Below, one piece after another: positions 21,701-36,700 of a stretch of 64,000 bases of DNA. The notes below the pieces were generated by a model that was not told the origin of the DNA, ran no database searches, and saw only the letters and a program-made list of their open reading frames with translations. The translations under genes were made by a program, and so were the position numbers. Position 1 is the stretch's first letter. Every line of letters starts with the position of its first letter. Source of the stretch: Eledone cirrhosa (taxonomy: Eukaryota); NCBI GenBank assembly GCA_964016885.1, contig OZ024744.1, positions 106,640,001 to 106,704,000 on the forward strand. Direction: 5' to 3'.

Positions 21701-24700
21701 AGTTATCTGTAGGGTTGTTCATGTTGGTGTGGTGAATACATTGGCCTTCATTGATCCCTAGATATCTGTAGTGTTGTTCTTGTTGGCGTGGTGAATACCT
21801 TGGCCCTCATTGATCCCTAGTTATCTGTAGGGTTGTTCTTGTTGGCGTGGTGAATACCTTGGCCCTCATTGATCCCTAGATATCTGTAGGGGTGTTCTTG
21901 TTGGTGTGGTGAATACCTTGGCCCTCATTGATCCCTAGTTATCTGTAGGGTTGTTCTTGTTGGTGTGGTGAATACTTTGGCCCTCATTGATCCCTAAATA
22001 TTTGTAGTGTTGTTCTTGTTGGCGTGGTGAATATCTTGGCCCTCATTGATCCCTAGATATATGGAGGGTTTTTCATGTTGGCGTGGTGAATACCTTGGCC
22101 TTCCTTGATCCCTAGTTATCTGTAGGGTTGTTCTTGTTGGTGTGGTGAATAACTTGGCCCTCATTGATCCCTAGACATCTGTAGGGTTGTTCCTGTTGGC
22201 GTGGTGAATATCTTGGCCCTTATATCCCAAGTTATCTGTAGAGTTGTTCCTGTTGGTGTGGTGAATACCTTGGCCCTCATTGATCCCTAGATATCTGTAG
22301 GGTTGTTCCTGTTGGTGTCGTAAATACCTTGGCCGTCATAGATCCCTAGTTATCTGTAGTGTTGTTCATGTTGGCGTGGTGAATATCTTGGCCCTCATTG
22401 ATCCCTAGATATCTGTAGTGTTGTTAATGGTGGCATGGTGAATACCTTGGCCTCATTGATCCCTTGTTATCTGTAGGGTTATTCATGTTGGGGTGGTGAA
22501 TACCTTGGCCCTCATTGATCCCTAATTATCTGTAGGGTTGATCATGTTGGTGTGGTGAATACCTTGGCCTTCCTTGATCCCTAGATATCTGTAGTGTTGT
22601 TCTTGTTGGTGTGGTAAATACCTAGACCTTCATTGATCCCTAGATATCTGTAGGCGGGGTCCTGTTGGTGTGTGAATACCTTGGCCTTCATTGATCCCTA
22701 GATATCTGTAGGGTTGTTCATGTTGGTGAGGTGAATATCTTGGCCCTCATTGATCCCTAGATATTTGTAGGGTTGTTCATGTTGGTGTGGTGAATACCTA
22801 GACCTTCATTGATCCCTAGTTATCTGTAGGGTTGTTCTTGTTGGTGTGGTGAATAACTTGGCCTTCCTTGATCCCTAGTTATCTGTAGGGTTGTTCCTGT
22901 TGGTGTGGTGAATACCTTGGCCTTCCTTGATCCCTAGTTATCTGTAGGGTTGTTCTTGTTGGTGTTGTGAATACCTTGGCCCTCATTGATCCCTAGATAT
23001 TTGTAGGGTTGTTCATGTTGGTGTGGTGAATACCTAGACCTTCATTGATCCCTAGTTATCTGTAGGGTTGTTCTTGTTGGTGTTGAGAATACATTGGCCC
23101 TCATTGATCCCTAGTTATCTGTAGGGTTGTTAGAGTTGGTGTGGTGAATAGGTTGGCCTCCATTGATCCCGAGTTATCTGTAGGGTTGTTCATGTTGGTG
23201 TGGTGAATACCTTGGCCCTCATTGATCCCTAGTTATCTGTAGGGTTGTTCTTGTTGGTGTGGTGAATACCTTGACCTTCATTGATCCCTAGTTATCTGTA
23301 GGGTTGTTCTTGTTGGTGTGGTGAATACCTTGGCCCTCATTGATCCTTAGATATCTGTAGGGTTGTTCATGTTGGTGTGGTGAATAACTTGGCCCTCATT
23401 GATCCCTAGATATCTGTAGGGTAGTTCATGTTGGTGTGGTGAATACCTTGGCCCTCATTGATCCCTAGATATCTGTAGGGTTATTCCTGTTGGCATGGTG
23501 AATAACATGGCCCTCATTGATCCCTAGTTATCTGTATGTTGTTCCTGTTGGCGTGGTAAATAACTTGGCCCTCATTGATCCCTAGTTATCTGTAGGGTTG
23601 TTCTTGTTGGTGTGGTGAATAACTTGGCCCTCATTGATCCATAGTTATCTGTAGTGTTGTTCTTGTTGGTGTGGTGAATAACTTGGCCTTCATTGATCCC
23701 TAGTTATCTGTAGGGTTGTTCCTGTTGGTGTGGTGAATACCTTGGCCTTCCTTGATCCATAGTTATCTTTAGGGTTGTTCTTGTTGGTGTGGTGTATACC
23801 TTGGCCTTCCTTGATCCCTAGTTATCTGTAGGGTTGTTTATGTTGGTGTAGTGAATAACTTGGCCGTCATTGATCCCTAGTTGTAAGTACGGTTGTTCAT
23901 GTTGGTGTGGTGAATACCTTGGCCTTCCTTGAGCCCTAGTTATCTGTAGGGTTGTTCATGTTGGTGTGGTGAATACATTGGCCTTCATTGATCCCTAGAT
24001 ATCTGTAGTGTTGTTCTTGTTGGCGTGGTGAATACCTTGGCCCTCATTGATCCCTAGTTATCTGTAGGGTTGTTCTTGTTGGCGTGGTGAATACCTTGGC
24101 CCTCATTGATCCCTAGATATCTGTAGTGTTGTTCATGTTGGTGTGGTAAATACCTTGGCCCTCATTGATCCCTAGATATCTGTAGGGTTGTTCTTGTTGG
24201 TGTGGTGAATACCTTGGCCCTCATTGATCCCTTGTTATCTGTAGGGTTGTTCCTGTTGGTGTGGTGAATACCTTGGCCCTCATTGACCCCTAGTTATCTG
24301 TAGGGTCGTTCATGTTGGTGTGGTGAATACCTTCGCCTTCCTTGATCCCTAGATATCTGTAGTGTTGTTCATGTTGGTGTGGTGAATACCTTGGCCTTCC
24401 TTGATCCCTAGTTATCTGTAGGGTTGTTCATGTTGGTGTGGTGAATACCTTGGCCCTCATTGATCCCTAGTTATCTGTAGTGTTGTTCATGTTGGTGTGC
24501 TGAATACCTTGGCTTTCCTTGATCCCTAGTTATCTGTAGGGTTGTTCATGTTGGTGTGGTGAATACCTTGGCCCTCATTGATCCCTGTTATCTGTAGGGT
24601 TGTTCATGTTGGTGTGGTGAATACCTTGACCTTCCTTGATCCCTAGATATCTGTAGGGTTGTTCTTGTTGGTGTGGTGAATATCTTGGCCCTCATTGATC

Positions 24701-27700
24701 CCTAGTTATCTGTAGTGTTGTTCATGTTTGTGTGATGTATACCTTGGCCTTCCTTGATCCCTAGTTATCTTTAGGGTTGTTCATGTTGGTGTGGTGAATA
24801 CCTTGGCCTTCATTGATCCCTAGTTATCTGTAGGGTTGTGCCTGTTGGTGTGGTGAATACCTTGACCTTCATTGATCCCTAGTTTTCTGAAGGGCTGTTC
24901 TTGTTGGTGTGGTGAATACCTTGGCCTTCAGTGATCCCTAGATATCTCTAGGGTTGTTCATGTTGGTGTGGTGAATACCTTGACCTTCATTGATCCCTAG
25001 ATATCTGTAGGGTTGTTCTTGTTGGTGTGGTGAATACCTTGGCCTTCATTGATCCCTAGATATCTGTAGGCTTGTTCATGTTGGTGTGGTGAATACCTTG
25101 ACCTTCATTGATCCCTAGATTTCTGTAGGGTTGTTCTTGTTGGTGTGGTGAATACCTTGGCCCTCATTGATCCCTTGTTATCTGTAGGGTTGTTCCTGTT
25201 GGTGTGGTGAATACCTTGGCCCTCATTGATCCCTAGTTATCTGTAGGGTTGTTCCTGTTGGTGTCGTAAATATCTTGGCCGTCATAGATCCCTAGTTATC
25301 TGTAGTGTTGTTCATGTTGGCGTGGTGAATATCTTGGCCCTCATTGATCCCTAATTATCTGTAGGGTTGATCATGTTGGTGTGGTGAATACCTTGGCCTT
25401 CCTTGATCCCTAGATATCTGTAGTGTTGTTCTTGTTGGTGTGGTGAATACCTAGACCTTCATTGATCCCTAGATATCTGTAGGCGGGGTCCTGTTGGTGT
25501 GTGAATACCTTGGCCTTCATTGATCCCTAGATATCTGTAGGGTTGTTCATGTTGGTGAGGTGAATATCTTGGCCCTCATTGATCCCTAGATATCTGTAGG
25601 GTTGTTCATGTTGGTGTGGTGAATACCTAGACCTTCATTGATCCCTAGTTATCTGTAGGGTTGTTCTTGTTGGTGTGGTGAATAACTTGGCCTTCCTTGA
25701 TCCCTAGTTATCTGTAGGGTTGTTCCTGTTGGTGTGGTGAATACCTTGGCCTTCCTTGATCCCTAGTTATCTGTAGGGTTGTTCTTGTTGGTGTTGTGAA
25801 TACCTTGGCCCTCATTGATCCCTAGATATTTGTAGGGTTGTTCATGTTGGTGTGGTGAATACCTAGACCTTCATTGATCCCTAGTTATCTGTAGGGTTGT
25901 TCTTGTTGGAGTTGAGAATACATTGGCCCTCATTGATCCCTAGTTATCTGTAGGGTTGTTAGAGTTGGTGTGGTGAATAGGTTGGCCTCCATTGATCCCG
26001 AGTTATCTGTAGGGTTGTTCATGTTGGTGTGGTGAATACCTTGGCCCTCATTGATCCCTAGTTATCTGTAGGGTTGTTCTTGTTGGTGTGGTGAATACCT
26101 TGACCTTCATTGATCCCTAGTTATCTGTAGGGTTGTTCTTGTTGGTGTGGTGAATACCTTGGCCCTCATTGATCCTTAGATATCTGTAGGGTTGTTCATG
26201 TTGGTGTGGTGAATAACTTGGCACTTATTGATCCCTAGATATCTGTAGGGTAGTTCATGTTGGTGTGGTGAATACCTTGACCCTCATTGATCCCTAGATA
26301 TCTGTAGGGTTATTCCTGTTGGCATGGTGAATAACATGGCCCTCATTGATCCCTAGTTATCTGTATGTTGTTCCTGTTGGCGTGGTAAATAACTTGGCCC
26401 TCATTGATCCCTAGTTATCTGTAGGGTTGTTCTTGTTGGTGTGGTGAATAACTTGGCCCTCATTGATCCATAGTTATCTGTAGTGTTGTTCTTGTTGGTG
26501 TGGTGAATAACTTGGCCTTCATTGATCCCTAGTTATCTGTAGGGTTGTTCCTGTTGGTGTGGTGAATACCTTGGCCTTCCTTGATCCATAGTTATCTTTA
26601 GGGTTGTTCTTGTTGGTGTGGTGTATACCTTGGCCTTCCTTGATCCCTAGTTATCTGTAGGGTTGTTTATGTTGGTGTAGTGAATAACTTGGCCCTCATT
26701 GATCCCTAGTTGTAAGTACGGTTGTTCATGTTGGTGTGGTGAATACCTTGGCCTTCCTTGAGCCCTAGTTATCTGTAGGGATGTTCATGTTGGTGTGGTG
26801 AATACATTGGCCTTCATTGATCCCTAGATATCTGTAGTGTTGTTCTTGTTGGCGTGGTGAATACCTTGGCCCTCATTGATCCCTAGTTATCTGTAGGGTT
26901 GTTCTTGTTGGCGTGGTGAATACCTTGGCCCTCATTGATCCCTAGATATCTGTAGTGTTGTTCATGTTGGTGTGGTAAATACCTTGGCCCTCATTGATCC
27001 CCTGATATCTGTAGGGTTGTTCATGTTGGTGTGGTGAATACCTTGGCCTTCATTGATCCCTAGTTACCTGTAGGGGTGTTCATGTTGGTGTGGTGAATAC
27101 CTTGGCCTTCATTGATCCCTAGATATCTGTAGGGTTGTTCATGTTGTTGTGGTGAATACCTTGACCTTCATTGATCCCTAGTTATCTGTAGGGTTGTTCT
27201 TGTTGGTGTGGTGAATACCTTGGCCTTCAGTGATCCCTACATATCTGTAGGGTTGTTCATGTTGGTGTGGTTAATACCTTGACCTTCATTGATCCCTAGA
27301 TATCTGTAGGGTTGTTCTTGTTGCTGTGGTGAATACCTTGGCCTTCATTGATCCCTAGATATCTGTAGGGTTGTTCATGTTGGTGTGGTGAATACCTTGA
27401 CCTTCATTGATCCCTAGATATCTGTAGGGTTGTTCTTGTTGGTGTGGTGAATACCTTGGCCCTCATTGATCCCTTGTTATCTGTAGGGTTGTTCCTGTTG
27501 GTGTGGTGAATACCTTGGCCCTCATTGACCCCTAGTTATCTGTAGGGTCGTTCATGTTGGTGTGGTGAATACCTTCGCCTTCCTTGATCCCTAGATATCT
27601 GTAGTGTTGTTCATGTTGGTGTGGTGAATACCTTGGCCTTCCTTGATCCCTAGTTATCTGTAGGGTTGTTCATGTTGGTGTGGTGAATACCTTGGCCCTC

Positions 27701-30700
27701 ATTGATCCCTAGTTATCTGTAGGGTTGTTCATGTTGGTGTGCTGAATACCTTGGCTTTCCTTGATCCCTAGTTATCTGTAGGGTTGTTCATGTTGGTGTG
27801 ATGAATACCTTGGCCCTCATTGATCCCTGTTATCTGTAGGGTTGTTCATGTTGGTGTGGTGAATACCTTGACCTTCCTTGATCCCTAGATATCTGTAGGG
27901 TTGTTCTTGTTGGTGTGGTGAATATCTTGGCCCTCATTGATCCCTAGTTATCTGTAGTGTTGTTCATGTTTGTGTGATGTATACCTTGGCCTTCCTTGAT
28001 CCCTAGTTATCTTTAGGGTTGTTCATGTTGGTGTGGTGAATACCTTGGCCTTCATTGATCCCTAGTTATCTGTAGGGTTGTGCCTGTTGGTGTGGTGAAT
28101 ACCATGACCTTCATTGATCCCTAGTTTTCTGAAGGGCTGTTCTTGTTGGTGTGGTGAATACCTTGGCCTTCAGTGATCCCTAGATATCTCTAGGGTTGTT
28201 CATGTTGGTGTGGTGAATACCTTGACCTTCATTGATCCCTAGATATCTGTAGGGTTGTTCTTGTTGGTGTGGTGAATACCTTGGCCTTCATTGATCCCTA
28301 GATATCTGTAGGGTTGTTCCTGTTGGTGTGGTGAATACCTTGGCCCTCATTGATCCCTAGTTATCTGTAGGGTTGTTCCTGTTGGTGTCGTAAATACCTT
28401 GGCCGTCATAGATCCCTAGTTATCTGTAGTGTTGTTCATGTTGGCGTGGTGAATATCTTGGCCCTCATTGATCCCTAATTATCTGTAGGGTTGATCATGT
28501 TGGTGTGGTGAATACCTTGGCCTTCCTTGATCCCTAGATATCTGTAGTGTTGTTCTTGTTGGTGTGGTGAATACCTAGACCTTCATTGATCCCTAGATAT
28601 CTGTAGGCGGGGTCCTGTTGGTGTGTGAATACCTTGGCCTTCATTGATCCCTAGATATCTGTAGGGTTGTTCATGTTGGTGAGGTGAATATCTTGGCCCT
28701 CATTGATCCCTAGATATTTGTAGGGTTGTTCATGTTGGTGTGGTGAATACCTAGACCTTCATTGATCCCTAGTTATCTGTAGGGTTGTTCTTGTTGGTGT
28801 GGTGAATAACTTGGCCTTCCTTGATCCCTAGTTATCTGTAGGGTTGTTCCTGTTGGTGTGGTGAATACCTTGGCCTTCCTTGATCCCTAGTTATCTGTAG
28901 GGTTGTTCGTGTTGGTGTTGTGAATAACTTGGCCCTCATTGATCCCTAGATATTTGTAGGGTTGTTCATGTTGGTGTGGTGAATACCTAGACCTTCATTG
29001 ATCCCTAGTTATCTGTAGGGTTGTTCTTGTTGGTGTTGAGAATACATTGGCCCTCATTGATCCCTAGTTATCTGTAGGGTTGTGCCTGTTGGTGTCGTAA
29101 ATACCTTGGCCGTCATAGATCCCTAGTTATCTGTAGTGTTGTTCATGTTGGCGTGGTGAATATCTTGGCCCTCATTGATCCCTAATTATCTGTAGGGTTG
29201 ATCATGTTGATGTGGTGAATACCTTGGCCTTCCTTGATCCCTAGATATCTGTAGTGTTGTTCTTGTTGGTGTGGTGAATACCTAGACCTTCATTGATCCC
29301 TAGATATCTGTAGGCGGGGTCCTGTTGGTGTGTGAATACCTTGGCCTTCATTGATCCCTAGATATCTGTAGGGTTGTTCATGTTGGTGAGGTGAATATCT
29401 TGGCCCTCATTGATCCCTAGATATTTGTAGGGTTGTTCATGTTGGTGTGGTGAATACCTAGACCTTCATTGATCCCTAGTTATCTGTAGGGTTGTTCTTG
29501 TTGGTGTGGTGAATAACTTGGCCTTCCTTGATCCCTAGTTATCTGTAGGGTTGTTCCTGTTGGTGTGGTGAATACCTTGGCCTTCCTTGATCCCTAGTTA
29601 TCTGTAGGGTTGTTCATGTTGGTGTTGTGAATAACTTGGCCCTCATTGATCCCTAGATATTTGTAGGGTTGTTCATGTTGGTGAGGTGAATACCTAGACC
29701 TTCATTGATCCCTAGTTATCTGTAGGGTTGTTCTTGTTGGTGTTGAGAATACATTGGCCCTCATTGATCCCTAGTTATCTGTAGGGTTGTTAGAGTTGGT
29801 GTGGTGAATAGGTTGGCCTCCATTGATCCCGAGTTATCTGTAGGGTTGTTCATGTTGGTGTGGTGAATACCTTGGCCCTCTTTGATCCCTAGTTATCTGT
29901 AGGGTTGTTCTTGTTGGTGTGGTGAATACCTTGACCTTCATTGATCCCTAGTTATCTGTAGGGTTGTTCTTGTTGGTGTGGTGAATACCTTGGCCCTCAT
30001 TGATCCCTAGATATCTGTAGGGTTGTTCATGTTGGTGTGGTGAATAACTTGGCACTCATTGATCCCTAGATATCTGTAGGGTAGTTCATGTTGGTGTGGT
30101 GAATACCTTAGCCCTCATTGATCCCTAGATATCTGTAGGGTTATTCCAGTTGGCATGGTGAATAACATGGCCCTCATTGATCCCTAGTTATCTGTATGTT
30201 GTTCCTGTTGGCGTGGTAAATAACTTGGCCCTCATTGATCCCTAGTTATCTGTAGGGTTGTTCTTGTTGGTGTGGTGAATAACTTGGCCCTCATTGATCC
30301 ATAGTTATCTGTAGTGTTGTTCTTGTTGGTGTGGTGAATAACTTGGCCTTCATTGATCCCTAGTTATCTGTAGGGTTGTTCCTGTTGGTGTGGTGAATAC
30401 CTTGGCCTTCCTTGATCCATAGTTATCTTTAGGGTTGTTCTTGTTGGTGTGGTGTATACCTTGGCCTTCCTTGATCCCTAGTTATCTGTAGGGTTGTTTA
30501 TGTTGGTGTAGTGAATAACTTGGCCCTCATTGATCCCTAGTTGTAAGTACGGTTGTTCTTGTTGGTGTGGTGAATAACTTGGCCTTCATTGATCCCTAGA
30601 TATCTGTAGGGTTGTTCATGTTGGTGTGGTGAATACGTTGGCCTTCCTTGAGCCCTAGTTATCTGTAGGGTTGTTCATGTTGGTGTGGTGAATACATTGG

Positions 30701-33700
30701 CCTTCATTGATCCCTAGATATCTGTAGTGTTGTTCTTGTTGGCGTGGTGAATACCTTGGCCCTCATTGATCCCTAGTTATCTGTAGGGTTGTTCTTGTTG
30801 GCGTGGTGAATACCTTGGCCCTCATTGATCCCTAGATATCTGTAGTGTTGTTCATGTTGGTGTGGTAAATACCTTGGCCCTCATTGATCCCCTGATATCT
30901 GTAGGGTTGTTCATGTTGGTGTGGTGAATACCTTGGCCTTCATTGATCCCTAGTTACCTGTAGGGGTGTTCATGTTGGTGTGGTGAATACCTTGGCCTTC
31001 ATTGATCCCTAGATATCTGTAGGGTTGTTCATGTTGGTGTGGTGAATACCTTGACCTTCATTGATCCCTAGTTATCTGTAGGGTTGTTCTTGTTGGTGTG
31101 GTGAATACCTTGGCCTTCAGTGATCCCTACATATCTGTAGGGTTGTTCATGTTGGTGTGGTTAATACCTTGATCTTCATTGATCCCTAGATATCTGTAGG
31201 GTTGTTCTTGTTGCTGTGGTGAATACCTTGGCCTTCATTGATCCCTAGATATCTGTAGGGTTGTTCATGTTGGTGTGGTGAATACCTTGACCTTCATTGA
31301 TCCCTAGATATCTGTAGGGTTGTTCTTGTTGGTGTGGTGAATACCTTGGCCCTCATTGATCCCTTGTTATCTGTAGGGTTGTTCCTGTTGGTGTGGTGAA
31401 TACCTTGGCCCTCATTGACCCCTAGTTATCTGTAGGGTCGTTCATGTTGGTGTGGTGAATACCTTCGCCTTCCTTGATCCCTAGATATCTGTAGTGTTGT
31501 TCATGTTGGTGTGGTGAATACCTTGGCCTTCCTTGATCCCTAGTTATCTGTAGGGTTGTTCATGTTGGTGTGGTGAATACCTTGGCCCTCATTGATCCCT
31601 AGTTATCTGTAGTGTTGTTCATGTTGGTGTGCTGAATACCTTGGCTTTCCTTGATCCCTAGTTATCTGTAGGGTTGTTCATGTTGGTGTGGTGAATACCT
31701 TGGCCCTCATTGATCCCTGTTATCTGTAGGGTTGTTCATGTTGGTGTGGTGAATACTTTGACCTTCCTTGATCCCTAGATATCTGTAGGGTTGTTCTTGT
31801 TGGTGTGGTGAATATCTTGGCCCTCATTGATCCCTAGTTATCTGTAGTGTTGTTCATGTTTGTGTGATGTATACCTTGACCTTCCTTGATCCCTAGTTAT
31901 ATTTAGGGTTGTTCATGTTGGTGTGGTGAATACCTTGGCCTTCATTGATCCCTAGTTATCTGTAGGGTTGTGCCTGTTGGTGTGGTGAATACCTTGACCT
32001 TCATTGATCCCTAGTTTTCTGAAGGGCTGTTCTTGTTGGTGTGGTGAATACCTTGGCCTTCAGTGATCCCTAGATATCTGTAGGGTTGTTCTTGTTGGTG
32101 TGGTGAATACCTTGGCCTTCATTGATCCCTAGATATCTGTAGGGTTGTTCATGTTGGTGTGGTGAATACCTTGACCTTCATTGATCCCTAGATTTCTGTA
32201 GGGTTGTTCTTGTTGGTGTGGTGAATACCTTGGCCCTCATTGATCCCTTGTTATCTGTAGGGTTGTTCCTCTTGGTGTGGTGAATACCTTGGCCCTCATT
32301 GATCCCTAGTTATCTGTAGGGTTGTTCCTGTTGGCGTGGTGAATAACTTGGCCTTCATTGATCCCTAGATATCTTTAGGGGTGTTCTTGTTGGTGTGGTG
32401 AATACCTTGGCCTTCATTGATCCCTAGATATCTGTAGCGTTGTTCATATTGGTGTGGTGAATAGCTTGGCCCTCATTGATCCCTAGTTATCTGTAGAGGT
32501 GTTCATGTTGGTGTGGTGAATACCTTGGCCCTCATTAATCCCTAAATATCTGTAGGGTTGTTCTTGTTGGTGTGATGAATACCTTGGCCTTCCTTGACCC
32601 TAGTTGTCTGTAGGGTTGTTCTTGGTGAGGTGAATACCTTGGCCTTCATTGGTCCCTAGTTATCTGTAGGGTTGTTCCTGTTGGCGTGGTGAATAACTTG
32701 GCCTTCATTGATCCTAGATATCTTTAGGGGTGTTCTTGTTGGCGTGGTGAATACCTTGGCCCTCATTGATCCCTAGATATCTGTAGTGTTGTTCATGTTG
32801 GCGTGGTGAATACCTTGTCCTTCATTGATCCCTAGTTATCTGTAGGGTTGTTCTTGATGGTGTGTTGAATACCTTGGCCTTCCTTGATCCCTAGTTACCT
32901 GTAGGGTTGTTCTTCTTGGCGTGTTGAATATCTTGGCCCTCATTGATCCCTAGATATCTGTAGGGTTTTTCATGTTGGCATGGTGAATACCTTGGCCCTC
33001 ATTGATCCCCTGATATCTGTAGGGTTGTTCATGTTAGTGTGGTGAATACCTTGGCCCTCATTGATCCCTTGTTATCTGTAGGGTTGTTCCTGTTGGTGTG
33101 GTGAATACCTTGGCCCTCATTGATCCCTAGATATCTGTAGGGTTGTTCATGTTGGTGGGGTGAATACCTTGGCCTTCCTTGATCCCTAGATATCTGTAGT
33201 GTTGTTCATGTTGGTGTGGTGAATACCTTGGCCTTCCTTGATCCCTAGTTATCTGTAGGGTTGTTCATGTTGGTGTGGTGAATACCTTGGCCATCCTTGA
33301 TCCCTAGTTATCTGTAGGGTTGTTCATGTTGGTGTGGTGAATATCTCGGTCTTCATTGATCCCTAGATAACTGTGGTGTTTTTCTTGTTTGTGTGGTGAA
33401 TACCTTGGCCCTCATTGATCCCTAGATATCTGTAGGCTGGGTGTTGTTGGTGTGGTGAATACCTTGGCCTTCATTGATCCCTAGATATCTGTAGGGTTGT
33501 TCATGTTGGTGAGGTGAATATCTTGGCCCTCATTGATCCCTAGATATTTGTAGGGTTGTTCATGTTGGTGTGGTGAATACCTAGACCTTCATTGATCCCT
33601 AGTTATCTGTAGGGTTGTTCTTGTTGGTGTGGTGAATACCTTGGCCCTCATTGATCACTGGTTATCTGTAGGGTGGTTCATGTTGGTGTGGTGAATAGGT

Positions 33701-36700
33701 TGGCCTCCATTGATCCCTAGTTATCTGTAGGGTTGTTCATGTTGGTGTGGTGAATACCTTGGCCCTCATTGATCCCTAGTTATCTGTAGGGTTGTTCTTG
33801 TTGGTGTGGGGAATACCTTGACCTTCATTGATCCCTAGTTATCTGTAGGGTTGTTCTTGTTGGTGTGGTGAATACCTTGGCCCTCATTGTTCCTTAGATA
33901 TCTGTAGGGTTGTTCATGTTGGTGTGGTGAATAACTTGGCCCTCATTGATCCCTAGATATCTGTAGGGTTATTCATGTTGGTGTGGTCAATACCTTTGCC
34001 TTCCTTGATCCCTAGATATCTGTAGGGTTATTCCTGTTGGCATGGTGAATAACATGGCCCTCATTGATCCCTAGTTATCTGTATGTTGTTCCTGTTGGCG
34101 TGGTAAATAAATTGGCGCTCATTGATCCCTAGATATCTGTAGGCTGGGTCCTGTTGGTGTGGTGAATACCTTGGCCCTCATTGATCCTAGATATCTGTAG
34201 GGTTGTTCTTGTTGGTGTGGTGAATACCTTGGCCCTCATTGATCCCTAGTTATCTGTAGGGTTGTTCATGTTGGTGTGGTGAATACCTTGGCCCTCATTG
34301 ATCCCTAGTTATCTGTAGGGTTGTTCTTGTTGGTGTGGTGAATACCTTGACCTTCATTGATCCCTAGTTATCTGTAGGTTTGTTCTTGTTGGTGTGGTGA
34401 ATACCTTGGCCCTCATTGATCCTTAGATATCTGTAGGGTTGTTCATGTTGGTGTGGTGAATAACTTGGCCCTCATTGATCCCTAGATATCTGTAGGGTTG
34501 TTCTTGTTGGTGTGGTGAATACGTTGGCCTTCATTGATCCCTAGATATCTGTAGGGTTGTTCATGTTGGTGTGGTGAATACCTTGACCTTCATTGATCCC
34601 TAGATTTCTGTAGGGTTGTTCTTGTTGGTGTGGTGAATACCTTGGCCCTCATTGATCCCTTGTTATCTGTAGGGTTGTTCCTGTTGGAGTGGTGAATACC
34701 TTGGCCCTCATTGATCCCTAGTTATCTGTAGCGTTGTTAATGTTGGTGTGGTGAATACCTTGGCCTTCATTGATCCCTAGATATCTGTAGTGTTGTTCAT
34801 GTTGGTGTGGTGAATACCTTGGCCTTCCTTGATCCCTAGTTATCTGTAGGGTTGTTCATGTTGGTGTGGTAAATACTTTGGCCTTCATTGGTCCCTAGTT
34901 ATCTGTAGGGTTGTTCCTGTTGGCGTGGTGAATAACTTGGCCTTCATTGATCCTAGATATCTTTAGGGGTGTTCTTGTTGGTGTGGTGAATACCTTGGCC
35001 CTCATAGATCCCTAGTTATCTGTAGGGTTGTTCTTGTTGGCGTGGTGAATACCTTGGCCCTCATTGATCCCTAGATATCTGTAGTGTTGTTCATGTTGGC
35101 GTGGTGAATACCTTGTCCTTCATTGATCCCTAGTTATCTGTAGGGTTGTTCTTGATGGTGTGTTGAATACCTTGGCCTTCCTTGATCCCTAGTTACCTGT
35201 AGGGTTGTTCTTCTTGGCGTGTTGAATATCTTGGCCCTCATTGATCCCTAGATATCTGTAGGGTTTTTCATGTTGGCATGGTGAATACCTTGGCCCTCAT
35301 TGTTCCCCTGATATCTGTAGGGTTGTTCATGTTAGTGTGGTGAATACCTTGGCCCTCATTGATCCCTACATATCTGTAGGGTTGTTCCTGTTGGTGTGGT
35401 GAATACCTTGGCCCTCATTGATCCCTAGATATCTGTAGGGTTGTTCATGTTGGTGGGGTGAATACCTTGGCCTTCCTTGATCCCTAGATATCTGTAGTGT
35501 TGTTCATGTTGGTGTGGTGAATACCTTGGCCTTCCTTGATCCCTAGTTATCTGTAGGGTTGTTCATGTTGGTGTGGTGAATACCTTGGCCATCCTTGATC
35601 CCTAGTTATCTGTAGGGTTGTTCATGTTGGTGTGGTGAATACCTCGGTCTTCATTGATCCCTAGATATCTGTGGTGTTTTTCTTGTTTGTGTGGTGAATC
35701 CCTTGGCCCTCAATGATTCCTAGATATCTGTAGGCTGGGTGTTGTTGGTGTGGTGAATACCTTGGCCTTCATTGATCCCTAGATATCTGTAGGGTTGTTC
35801 ATGTTGGTGAGGTGAATATCTTGGCCCTCATTGATCCCTAGATATTTGTAGGGTTGTTCATGTTGGTGTGGTGAATACCTTGACCTTCATTGATCCCTAG
35901 ATATCTGTAGGGTTGTTCTTGTTGGTGTGGTGAATACCTTGGCCCTCATTGATCCCTTGTTATCTGTAGGGTTGTTCCTGTTGGTGTGGTGAATACCTTG
36001 GCCCTCATTGACCCCTAGTTATCTGTAGGGTCGTTCATGTTTGTGTGGTGAATACCTTCGCCTTCCTTGATCCCTAGTTATCTGTAGGGTTGTTCATGTT
36101 GGTGTGGTGAATACCTTGGCCCTCATTGATCCCTAGTTATCTGTAGTGTTGTTCATGTTGGTGTGCTGAATACCTTGGCTTTCCTTGATCCCTAGTTATC
36201 TGTAGGGTTGTTCATGTTGGTGTGGTGAATACCTTGGCCCTCATTGATCCCTGTTATCTGTAGGGTTGTTCATGTTGGTGTGGTGAATACCTTGACCTTC
36301 CTTGATCCCTAGATATCTGTAGGGTTGTTCTTGTTGGTGTGGTGAATATCTTGGCCCTCATTGATCCCTAGTTATCTGTAGTGTTGTTCATGTTTGTGTG
36401 ATGTATACCTTGGCCTTCCTTGATCCCTAGTTATCTTTAGGGTTGTTCATGTTGGTGTGGTGAATACCTTGGCCTTCATTGATCCCTAGTTATCTGTAGG
36501 GTTGTGCCTGTTGGTGTGGTGAATACCTTGACCTTCATTGATCCCTAGTTTTCTGAAGGGCTGTTCTTGTTGGTGTGGTGAATACCTTGGCCTTCAGTGA
36601 TCCCTAGATATCTCTAGGGTTGTTCATGTTGGTGTGGTGAATACCTTGACCTTCATTGATCCCTAGATATCTGTAGGGTTGTTCTTGTTGGTGTGGTGAA

